From assembly GCA_016839605.1 (NCBI GenBank), contig JAEOTX010000057.1, positions 1 through 32,452 of the forward strand: a stretch of DNA of 32,452 bases, written 5' to 3'. Below, in pieces: positions 16,143-24,573 of this stretch. The position numbers and the translations under genes are program-made. Origin of the DNA: Candidatus Thorarchaeota archaeon. Lineage in GTDB: Archaea > Asgardarchaeota > Thorarchaeia > Thorarchaeales > Thorarchaeaceae. Position 1 is the stretch's first letter, and each line of letters opens with the position of its first letter. The notes beneath the pieces were generated by a model. The model was not told where the DNA came from. It searched no databases and was given only the letters and a program-made list of their open reading frames with translations.

Positions 16143-17921
16143 ATGGGTCGCTCCAAGGGAACGATAATCAGCGTTAAAGTCCCAATCCGTTGGGGAGTCA
16201 TGACTGATAGGCAGAAGACTCGGCTCAACCGTATCACAGGTAGAGACACACGAGTCATCAAGGCCTATCTTGGAGTGATTGAACGCCATGAGAACGAATT
16301 GCTGACAGGTCGCAAACGGACGAGAATAAACGCTTCCCTATTGGATAAGCTCACCTTGACTGCATCACGGGGAAAGGCAGACAGGAGTCATGTGCCTCAT
16401 GACTTCAAGTCACGGTTTTCCAACATCTCTGTGAATGAGTTTCAGGAGTGTCGCGATACTGCGATTGCCATGTGGCAGAGCTACCTTGAGTTAAATCGCA
16501 GAAAGCCTCTTAGTGCGAAGAGATACTCAACGAGGAAGATTCCTCGATATGCATTCGCTCAACGTTTTCAGCGAATTTACGCACCAGAGCTCGAGATAAG
16601 ACACTGGCTCAAGCTTCGTGATTCGTTAGACTCCGTTTCTGCGGGTTGTAAAAGGCATGATAAACTCATGATCCCTCTCTCAATCTCCTCCTATCATCTA
16701 AACAAGATGAAAGAGGGTAAGGTGAAGACTGTTCGTATCTTCAAGGACTCCCGTCGCAAATGGTGGGCTATCTTCACTGTGACGCTCGATATAGAAGTCC
16801 TGGAATCATCTATGAAACCTCCTGCAGTCTTGTCTATTGACTTGGGGATCGACAAGGCTGCGTGCTCCGTGCTTCTTACTCAGAAAGGATACAAGCAAGT
16901 CAGATACTGGAAACAGGAAGACAAGCTTCGACGAATGAGAGCGTTGGATGACAGGATTGCTTCTCTTCAGAGGGAGAAGGAAACACTTCTTTCACAGGGA
17001 AGGAATGCTGATGCAGTCAGCAGAAAACTCCGGAGCCTGAGCGGAAAAAGACAGCGTGTTAGTAAAGAGCTTGACAAGAATCTGGTCAAGGGCATCTCGG
17101 AACACATCCAAGAGATGGCCGACCAATTCGACCTCTATGTCTCAATTGGCAAGGTGAAGGGCATAAGGAACACAGCTCGAAGAGGCAACTTCAAGGGAAG
17201 TAAGTTCAGAGGTATGATTCACCGCTGGGCCTTCGCCAGGATTCGCGATATGTTGGACCATAAGCTCGCTACGCTTGGTTTTGATGGCAAGCATTACAGA
17301 GCTGTTCCTGAACAATGGACTTCAATCATGTGTCACAAGTGCGGACACAAGGGAATGCGACCGAAACAGAATCTCTTCATCTGTCACACCTGTGGATATC
17401 GTGCAAACGCCGACCTGAACGGCGCCATCAATATTGGGAAGCGCCTCATCATGCTCATCCGCTCACTGAGAGATGAGAAAGGACTAGGGATGTGGCTCAC
17501 TCCAAAGGACAGAGCCATCCTGAAAGCCCGGAGGAAGACTCGTTCATCTCAAGGGAAGTCCTCATTCCCCCAGAAGTTGCCAGCTTCGATTGAAGGGGAG
17601 TCCGTGGCTGACTGCAGTGACCAGACCTCACTTGTGGAGTTTGCGAGCAGTGAAGACCCCGCCATGGTAAAAGCTGTGGAAGAACCGTCTGCATCCAGCA
17701 AATCTGGTAGCGCTGGAGGAATGCAGCGGACAGAAGCCGGGTCCCGACAGAGGAACAATGTTCCGCTGAAGTTGGGCAAAGCTCCCGTCATTTCAAGAGA
17801 TGAAAGTCTTTTGGAAGCTGGTGACAGCAGTCGTGAGAAAGGTGGAACGCAGAAGTTTCTTGTTGGTTCACTCAACCAAAAACAAGCAACAGTTCCTAGG
17901 CAAAAGAGTAATCTCCCTTGA
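16143..17921 (+). CDS. tnpB: TnpB/Cas12f-like RNA-guided nuclease with rearranged RuvC-II, and no adjacent tnpA
   Basis: RuvC-I LSIDLG, HRWAFARIRDMLDHK helix, WTSIMCHKCG...FICHTCG zinc finger, RuvC-III NADLNGAINI. The RuvC-II position reads VSIGK. Start set at ATG 16143 (AGGTG SD); the track starts at 16092. Confidence 0.88.
   Translation: MGRSKGTIISVKVPIRWGVMTDRQKTRLNRITGRDTRVIKAYLGVIERHENELLTGRKRTRINASLLDKLTLTASRGKADRSHVPHDFKSRFSNISVNEFQECRDTAIAMWQSYLELNRRKPLSAKRYSTRKIPRYAFAQRFQRIYAPELEIRHWLKLRDSLDSVSAGCKRHDKLMIPLSISSYHLNKMKEGKVKTVRIFKDSRRKWWAIFTVTLDIEVLESSMKPPAVLSIDLGIDKAACSVLLTQKGYKQVRYWKQEDKLRRMRALDDRIASLQREKETLLSQGRNADAVSRKLRSLSGKRQRVSKELDKNLVKGISEHIQEMADQFDLYVSIGKVKGIRNTARRGNFKGSKFRGMIHRWAFARIRDMLDHKLATLGFDGKHYRAVPEQWTSIMCHKCGHKGMRPKQNLFICHTCGYRANADLNGAINIGKRLIMLIRSLRDEKGLGMWLTPKDRAILKARRKTRSSQGKSSFPQKLPASIEGESVADCSDQTSLVEFASSEDPAMVKAVEEPSASSKSGSAGGMQRTEAGSRQRNNVPLKLGKAPVISRDESLLEAGDSSREKGGTQKFLVGSLNQKQATVPRQKSNLP
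17470..17890 (+). ncRNA. Candidate omega/reRNA scaffold overlapping the 3' end of tnpB
   Basis: Consecutive hairpins with G-U pairs on the + strand, including an 11-bp stem with GAAA loop (17791-17816). The overlying ~130 aa are low-complexity. The position matches known TnpB reRNAs. Confidence 0.6.
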
Positions 17922-17937
17922 TGTAGAGGTTAAAGAC

Positions 17938-18351
17938 ATGCAAGAGATGAGGGAACTCCTGAACTACGTGATCAAATCAAAGCGATATCTCAAAGAGATA
18001 TACTACACCAATCGAGATGAGAATCTGAAAGCTGATGCGAAGGAGCTTGTCGCAGCCATAATAGCAGTTCAGAGAACTCTCGAGCACATTTTGACTTTGA
18101 AGCGAAGATCAAAGACAGCCAAGAGAGTTCTTGGAGACAGGAAAGCTGAGATGTCAGTTAGGCGGTGGAGTGCAGGACTTCCCCGAAGAGTGAGTGACTA
18201 CGTCGAGAAGGAGAAGAAGCTGGAGCAGCATCATCTACATAGATATCAGGTTATTCTTCTCCAATATTTGGAGAATATGGGGACTGAACTAGTCGCATGG
18301 GCTGAGGACATCGATATGCTTCGCGAAATTCCTCGCATACCCAAGGACTAG
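17938..18351 (+). CDS. Hypothetical alpha-helical protein (137 aa)
   Basis: GAGGT SD before ATG 17938. Charged helical composition. The track start at 17800 overlaps tnpB and is unlikely. Confidence 0.65.
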   Translation: MQEMRELLNYVIKSKRYLKEIYYTNRDENLKADAKELVAAIIAVQRTLEHILTLKRRSKTAKRVLGDRKAEMSVRRWSAGLPRRVSDYVEKEKKLEQHHLHRYQVILLQYLENMGTELVAWAEDIDMLREIPRIPKD

Positions 18352-18354
18352 TCA

Positions 18355-19434
18355 TTACCAGCGAAGTCGTGCAGCAACTCCTCCAAATGAGTTCAATTGT
18401 GCACCGGATTCGGTCTGTCCAGAGAAGACCATGAGCTCAGTGCCATACTCACTGATTTCATCATATAGTGAATCGATGAGCTCGGTATGATCTTCAGAAA
18501 TCATAATGGTCTCAACGCGGCCTGCTCTGAGGGCATCCATGACCTCTTTTTTGCCATAAGCTACGGCATTCTCGCCCTTCATCAGATCTTCCATGAATTT
18601 ATCCCATATCTGTCGCTCAGCAAAGATTTCTGTTTCTTTGAGAAGACGTGAAGCCTCTTTCATAGCTTGAAATAATCCAGTCTCATCAATGATGCTCACT
18701 GGTATGATGGTCTCTGCAATCTTCTCACGGATTCGATAGTCTAAGTCACCCTTCTCAAGAAACTCCTGACACCGAATTGTATTGCCTCCTAGGACTATGG
18801 CATCCACGTTGTCTATATTCTCCAGAAGAAGGTCCTTTAGCATCCTTCCAACGTACCGGAAGAACTCCATCATTTTTTCTTCTCTAATACGCAAATACCG
18901 CTTGGCACTCTGACCGCCCGCGCGAGTCTTTCCGATGATATAGAAGTCCTCATCACGGACAAGTTCCATGTGCTTGCCACGTAGATAGCCTATGGTAACC
19001 TTACCACCTTCAATCAACGTGATGACAACCAGACTCTTGGGTAGAGTCATATCTTCAAGCTCATCAGTGATAAACTCTCGACCACAGATGTAAGTAAACT
19101 GTGAGATTGGGGATGGAGGAATGACCATCTCACGGATCTCCTCGGTAGTTCCACCCTCTTCAACGATTCCAAAGAAGAACGCCACGCCATTCTCAGGCAT
19201 GGAGTTGATTAGGTTGAGCTCGCTAAGGATTGCTGTGAGATTGTCTTGCACGTTCTTTCTATTCGGTTTGCTCTTGATGTTATCAGCACCTGCCAGCTCA
19301 GCTTTCACAAAGCCTGTCACATCCACTAGACTCTTTGTCGGAGGGATGTAAAGTGTGGTGAAAGAGCTATGTCTACCCTGGAGTGCCTTTAGTTGTTGGA
19401 CCTTTCTCTTGAGCTTCTGACGCTCGGCAGACAT
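18355..19434 (-). CDS. prf1: Archaeal peptide chain release factor 1 (aRF1)
   Basis: NIKS, YICGREF (YxCxxxF) and GGQSAKRY motifs, and C-terminal FGGVAARLRW. GAGGTGA SD before ATG 19434. Confidence 0.93.
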   Translation of the reverse strand: MSAERQKLKRKVQQLKALQGRHSSFTTLYIPPTKSLVDVTGFVKAELAGADNIKSKPNRKNVQDNLTAILSELNLINSMPENGVAFFFGIVEEGGTTEEIREMVIPPSPISQFTYICGREFITDELEDMTLPKSLVVITLIEGGKVTIGYLRGKHMELVRDEDFYIIGKTRAGGQSAKRYLRIREEKMMEFFRYVGRMLKDLLLENIDNVDAIVLGGNTIRCQEFLEKGDLDYRIREKIAETIIPVSIIDETGLFQAMKEASRLLKETEIFAERQIWDKFMEDLMKGENAVAYGKKEVMDALRAGRVETIMISEDHTELIDSLYDEISEYGTELMVFSGQTESGAQLNSFGGVAARLRW

Positions 19435-19734
19435 TTGTTTCACCTCTTTGTCTCTACTGATTTGACGGGTTTCTTGAAGAACGAGTGGCCGTCAGGCAAC
19501 CGCCAGGCTCATCCCATGAAAGTCCGTATTTTAACGTTACGTAGCGGACCATAGCAGAGATTGGCGACAAATTAAAAAGGCGAACACTAGACATCCTGCA
19601 GTATACAGGTGAAGAAGGGATGTACCGCCAATTTATATCATTGTAGCAAAGGATTGCTTCTTCTATGAACCCAGTTCGTATGTGGCGTCACATTTCAACC
19701 ATCCTAACAGTAGCTCTGGAGTTTTGATATACAG

Positions 19735-21252
19735 ATGAGCGAACAGCTGACAAAAGGAGAGAGAACAGTTCTCAAAGAACTTGTCAACATCAGCGAGAGG
19801 ATAACATCGAGGATTCTCGCCAAAGGACTTGATGAGAAAGAAGAACGCGTTGTCTCAATTCTCAACTCACTCTCACAGAGAGGATTAATTGAACTTGAAA
19901 CATCGGAAATTGTATCATATTATCTTTCGGATGAGGGGCGTGAATACGCAGAGAGAGGACTTCCAGAAGTTAGGCTGTTTCGAGCAGTCGTTGAGCTTGG
20001 TGGTCGGGCTAGTGTAGACAACGCCGTATCTAAGAGCGGGATATCTCAGAAATCCAAAGGCATTGCTTTGAGCTGGACAAGAAAGAATGGATGGCTCGCA
20101 ATATCAAAAGAGAATGAAACTACATTCCTTTCTGCAAATACTGAGGTCGTCGAAACTCCAATTAAGAGCATCCTCTCGATGATTCATAAAGGAGAACATC
20201 GATTCCCTAGAAGGCATGAACCATCATTACAGATCGCCTTGGAGCGGTCATTAATCACGGCCAAAACAGCGAAGGTCTTTGTAGCAAAGGTATCTGAAGA
20301 AATGCGAGGAATAGCGGAGAATCTCATTGGGGAAGAAGTTAGCGGCATTATAGATTTGACACCAGAAATGCTGGTGGAACGGACATGGGAAGGCAAAGAC
20401 TTCAGACCCTACAATGTTGAGTTGCAGCCAGCGTACGCAAACTATGGCAAGAAGCATCCATATGCCGAGTTCAATGATTGGCTCCGAGAAATTATGATTG
20501 GACTGGGATTCACGGAGTGGGATGGTCCTTATGTCGAGACCGAGTTCTGGGCACATGACACGCTATTCGTGCCCCAGGATCATGTAGCTAGAGAGGTTCA
20601 GGATCAATTCCGGATTGAGTCACCGTACGACCACGGAGATATCAGAGATAAGAAGTACTACAGAGCTGTAAAGGCAGTACATGAGAATGGAGGCGATACA
20701 GGTTCCAAGGGATGGGATTGGCCGTTTAGCAGAGAGATTGCCACAAGGCTCTGTCTTCGCCCTCATACTACTCCTGTTTCGATGAGATATCTCTGGGAGC
20801 ATCGGGAAAGCCCTCAGAAAATGTTCATCATCGATCGCAACTTCAGATCAGAAACTCTGAGTGCCACTCATGGTCAAGAGTTCGATCAGTGCGAAGGCAT
20901 CATCATGGATAAGGGTCTCACACTTAGGGATCTTCTAGGATATTTGAAAGCCATATGCAATGCTGTGGGAATAAAGAAGCTCAAGTTCAAGCCAGGTCAG
21001 TTTCCGTTCACTGAGCCAAGTGTAGAAACCTTTGGAAAACATGAGAAGCTTGGGTGGATTGAACTCGGCGGATCTGGAATCTTCAGACCTGAGGTCACTT
21101 ATCCACTTGGGATTAAGGATACTGTCTTAGCGTGGGGAATCGGTTCTGGTCGGCTCTACATGGCAGCAATGGGTATCAATGACATCAGGGAACTATTCTC
21201 AAGGGATCTCAATTGGCTAAGAAAGAGCAGCTTCGCGAGGGAGGCGGTATAA
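19735..21252 (+). CDS. pheS: Phenylalanine--tRNA ligase alpha subunit (archaeal/eukaryotic long type)
   Basis: GKKHPY, LFVPQDHVARE.QD.F, LRPHTT, FRSE.L.ATH..EF.Q.EG, FPFTEPS, GSGIFRPEV and AWGIG motifs. Confidence 0.97.
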   Translation: MSEQLTKGERTVLKELVNISERITSRILAKGLDEKEERVVSILNSLSQRGLIELETSEIVSYYLSDEGREYAERGLPEVRLFRAVVELGGRASVDNAVSKSGISQKSKGIALSWTRKNGWLAISKENETTFLSANTEVVETPIKSILSMIHKGEHRFPRRHEPSLQIALERSLITAKTAKVFVAKVSEEMRGIAENLIGEEVSGIIDLTPEMLVERTWEGKDFRPYNVELQPAYANYGKKHPYAEFNDWLREIMIGLGFTEWDGPYVETEFWAHDTLFVPQDHVAREVQDQFRIESPYDHGDIRDKKYYRAVKAVHENGGDTGSKGWDWPFSREIATRLCLRPHTTPVSMRYLWEHRESPQKMFIIDRNFRSETLSATHGQEFDQCEGIIMDKGLTLRDLLGYLKAICNAVGIKKLKFKPGQFPFTEPSVETFGKHEKLGWIELGGSGIFRPEVTYPLGIKDTVLAWGIGSGRLYMAAMGINDIRELFSRDLNWLRKSSFAREAV

Positions 21253-22917
21253 ATGAATGTGGAAAGCAGAATTGATGACCTCCTCAATCTCATTGGAAAG
21301 AAGCTATCTCTCGAGGAACTTGAAGATGCACTCTTCTTGATCAAAGCTGAGGTTGAAAAAGTTGAAGGAAACATCATCGAGATAGAGGTGAATCCAGACC
21401 GTCAAGATATGCTATCAACTGAGGGAATAGCTAGAGCGGTTAGAGCATTCCTGAGAATTGACTCTGGACTCGTCAAATATCCCACAAAGAAGTCTGGACT
21501 AGAAGCGATAGTCAAGCAAGGACTAACCAAGATAAGACCATACTTAGCATGTTCGATAATCAAGGGTGTGGAAACAGATGACGAGCTTATCAAAGAGTAC
21601 ATGCACTTGCAGGAGGCTCTCACAGCCACACATGGAAGAAACAGGAAGAAAGCAAGCATCGGACTATACGTTTTCGATGATATTGAATTCCCCTTGATAT
21701 ATGGTCCTCGCAAACCAGAAGACATCGCTTTCGTACCCTTGGGATATGAGATTGAGATGAATGGGCCAACAATCCTCACCGACCACGAAAAAGGGGTAGA
21801 CTTCGGTTCGATAATATCTGGATTCAAGAAGTGGCCATTGCTCTACGACTCCAAAGGAGAGGTCCTTAGTCTGCCGCCTATCATCAATAGTAATGACCTT
21901 GGCCGCATAACGACTGACACACACAATTTATTCGTCGAGGTGACTGGAACGCACCTTCCTACGGTGAATCAAGCACTCAATATTATGACAACATCACTAG
22001 CGGAACGAAACGGCAGAGTGGAATCAATAACTGTTGTCTATCCCGATGGGACTACTCACGAAACCCCTGATTTCAGCCCAGAAGAGATGATGATCTCAAA
22101 AGATGAGATCAATAAACTGAGCGGTTTTGATCTTGACAAGACGGGTATAATCGACGCATTGGGAAGAACTGGCTATGGAGCAAAACAGAGAAAGGCAGGC
22201 CAAATTGAAGTCCTGATTCCAAGTTATCGAGTAGATGTGTTGCATCCAGTAGATGTGATTGAGGATATTGCAATAGGCTATGGATTCGATAGAATTGAGC
22301 CTGGTATGCCACAGACGATGACGACTGGGAAGGCAAAACCTGTGACCGGATTAAAGAACAAGGTGCGAGACCTCATGGTTGGCGCAGGTTATCAAGAGAT
22401 AATGAGCTATATCATGAGTTCTCCGGAACTCCTGAATGAGAAGGTGCTCAGAGACCGGCCACTGGTTGTGACAGCAAATCCAAAGAGTCGCGAATATTCA
22501 GTATTAAGGAACTCACTCCTCCCGATTCTGCTTGCCTTCGCTTCCCAAAATCAGCACGCTGAATATCCCCAGAGGATATTCGAAGTTGGAGACGTCGCAG
22601 TGCCCGATGAGATGATGGAGACTCGGATACAGCAAATCCCATCTGTATGTGGATTAGTCACAGACACAACTGTCAACATCACAGACTTGGCTAATGAAAT
22701 CGGGTTCCTTCTAAGAAACATGGGATTCGATTCAAGATTCGCATATAAGAAGAGAGAAGATCCGACCTTCATCAAGGGGAGGAGTGCGGACATTCTTTTG
22801 GATGATGAGCCAGTTGGTCTATTTGGAGAGGTCAATCCCAAGGTTCTCTCAAATCTGGAGCTGGGAACTCCAGTTATAGCCTTCGAGATATACCTGCCAA
22901 GGGATGGACAGTGGTAA
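21253..22917 (+). CDS. pheT: Phenylalanine--tRNA ligase beta subunit
   Basis: NPDRQDMLS.EG.ARA, GRNRKKASIG, VLSLPPIINS, YRVDVLHPVDVIEDIAIGYG and LRNSLLP motifs. Abuts pheS. Confidence 0.97.
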   Translation: MNVESRIDDLLNLIGKKLSLEELEDALFLIKAEVEKVEGNIIEIEVNPDRQDMLSTEGIARAVRAFLRIDSGLVKYPTKKSGLEAIVKQGLTKIRPYLACSIIKGVETDDELIKEYMHLQEALTATHGRNRKKASIGLYVFDDIEFPLIYGPRKPEDIAFVPLGYEIEMNGPTILTDHEKGVDFGSIISGFKKWPLLYDSKGEVLSLPPIINSNDLGRITTDTHNLFVEVTGTHLPTVNQALNIMTTSLAERNGRVESITVVYPDGTTHETPDFSPEEMMISKDEINKLSGFDLDKTGIIDALGRTGYGAKQRKAGQIEVLIPSYRVDVLHPVDVIEDIAIGYGFDRIEPGMPQTMTTGKAKPVTGLKNKVRDLMVGAGYQEIMSYIMSSPELLNEKVLRDRPLVVTANPKSREYSVLRNSLLPILLAFASQNQHAEYPQRIFEVGDVAVPDEMMETRIQQIPSVCGLVTDTTVNITDLANEIGFLLRNMGFDSRFAYKKREDPTFIKGRSADILLDDEPVGLFGEVNPKVLSNLELGTPVIAFEIYLPRDGQW

Positions 22918-23024
22918 TGGGGTCCGCGAACCCTATAACTACCTCCCCGCAGAAAAGATATAAGAAGCAGCACAGCAAGTCAGGCAACAGGTGCATTGCG
23001 CACCCTGGAAAGGGGCACCAATGA

Positions 23025-23624
23025 ATGACGGAAGGTCCAACTCCCTCAGCAGCAGACTCCTCAGATGAATCATCTGATGAGTTCAAGTTTCGAGTAGTTC
23101 TCTTGGGTGAGGCCGCTGTCGGCAAAACTTCTCTGATTCGAAGATTCACTGAAAACTCGTTTGACGAGGAGTACAAGCAAACCATTGGAACCACCTTTGC
23201 CTCTAAGGATGTTAGCGTGACTGATGACGAGGGCCATACCAGACAGGTGCGTTTAATTGTCTGGGATATGGGGGGCCAGACAACTTATCGAGAGTTACGT
23301 AGGCAGTTTATGAAGGGTTCATCCGGAGCGATAATTGCGTATGACGTGTCACGTCCAGAGACGTTCATGGCTATGAATAACTGGTTTGAATCGTTCCGAG
23401 AAACGTGTCCAAATGCAGCCGTAGTCATTGCCGCCAATAAGGTAGATTTATTGGATAGTAGAATAGTGCCCGTAGAACCTGGACTGATGCTGCGTGACTG
23501 GTTTCAAGCCGATTATTATGAGACGAGTGCAAAGACAGGAGCTGCTGTCACGGATGTATTTGACAAGCTAGCCAAGCTCGTCCTCAGACAAGTCCGAGCT
23601 GAAAAGAAGAGCTCGGAGATGTAG
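23025..23624 (+). CDS. Rab-like small GTPase
   Basis: GEAAVGKT (G1), TIG (G2), WDMGGQ (G3), NKVD (G4), ETSAK (G5). Confidence 0.93.
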   Translation: MTEGPTPSAADSSDESSDEFKFRVVLLGEAAVGKTSLIRRFTENSFDEEYKQTIGTTFASKDVSVTDDEGHTRQVRLIVWDMGGQTTYRELRRQFMKGSSGAIIAYDVSRPETFMAMNNWFESFRETCPNAAVVIAANKVDLLDSRIVPVEPGLMLRDWFQADYYETSAKTGAAVTDVFDKLAKLVLRQVRAEKKSSEM

Positions 23625-23659
23625 CTGAAGAAACACGTATCTGCAAAGGAGGAACAAAG

Positions 23660-24061
23660 GTGCTGGTCCGAGACTTCATGACGTCTCTGATTGTCACATC
23701 AGAGGCTGAAACACCGGTAAAGGAAGCTGCGAAACTTATGGCAGCTGAGGATATAGGAAGCCTCATTGTGACCAAGAGCGATCTTTTAGCGGGAATAGTC
23801 ACGAGAAAGGAGATTATCAGTGCACGATTGCTCTCAGACGATGCATATTTCTCACTCACTGTAGAGGATGTTATGACAAGCCCAGTTATCACGATTAGTC
23901 CCGATGCTGATCTAGGCCAGACCATAGCGGTGATGAATCAGGCAGGTGTGAAGTGTCTTCCAGTCATCGAAGGAGATTCTATAATCGGTGTTGTGAGCAC
24001 TAGTGACGTAATCCGAGTTCTAGCAACCATGAAACATCTTGCAGACGGAGCTCCTGAATAG
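23660..24061 (+). CDS. CBS domain pair protein
   Basis: VRDFMT...AAKLM...IGSLIV...GIVT and VEDVMTSPVITI...LPV...GVVS. GGAGG SD. Confidence 0.9.
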   Translation: MLVRDFMTSLIVTSEAETPVKEAAKLMAAEDIGSLIVTKSDLLAGIVTRKEIISARLLSDDAYFSLTVEDVMTSPVITISPDADLGQTIAVMNQAGVKCLPVIEGDSIIGVVSTSDVIRVLATMKHLADGAPE

Positions 24062-24300
24062 TGGGGAGCTTAAATTGAGGGCTCGATACTAACTATTAGC
24101 TGTAAGAAGATGTCTAGCCAGTTGGTGAGAGCCAGCAAGGCTTCGTTGGGTGTGGTATCTTTGATAGCAAAATACCTGATCCCTGCTAGCAACCCACCAC
24201 GTTAATTCTGGTCATCACTCTACTAAAGCGTTTTGACTGCCCCTTCCGCAGATTTTCACTAAGACAATAACTATTAGACCTAACTCCATCTAGCTATCTT

Positions 24301-24561
24301 ATGGGCAGGAAGACATACAGAGACAACAACGGTTACCTCCGCTTCAAGGATTCTGGGAAACTAGTCCATCGATGGGTAGCTGAGAAGAAATTGGGGCGGC
24401 AACTCCGTTCAGGTGAAGTAGTCCATCACAGAAATAAAATCAGATTAGATAATCGCTCGAAGAACCTACAGGTGTTTTCATCTCGAGCGCGTCACCGAGC
24501 GCATCATATCAAGAAAGCATGGACTCGATCACGACGTAGGAGAACAAGAAAGCGATGGTAG
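24301..24561 (+). CDS. Small HNH endonuclease-family protein
   Basis: GY...VHRWVAEKKLGR.L...EVVHHRNKIRLDNRSKNL (HNH_3-like), with a basic C-terminal tail. Confidence 0.8.
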   Translation: MGRKTYRDNNGYLRFKDSGKLVHRWVAEKKLGRQLRSGEVVHHRNKIRLDNRSKNLQVFSSRARHRAHHIKKAWTRSRRRRTRKRW

Positions 24562-24573
24562 CAGATATCCGGC

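Noticed and set aside
4877-17921. CRISPR-Cas locus (Cas4 plus Cas12f-like gene)
   Set aside because: No repeat-spacer array, cas1 or cas2 is visible, and the two genes are 10 kb apart.
16143-17921. Nuclease-dead TnpB (TldR-like)
   Set aside because: The RuvC-II Glu is replaced by Gly, but both Asp residues remain and an alternative Glu (VPEQWTS) fits the rearranged-site pattern. Not fully excluded without an assay.
17800-17937. N-terminal extension of the 183-aa ORF
   Set aside because: It overlaps tnpB and its RNA. An SD-supported ATG exists at 17938.
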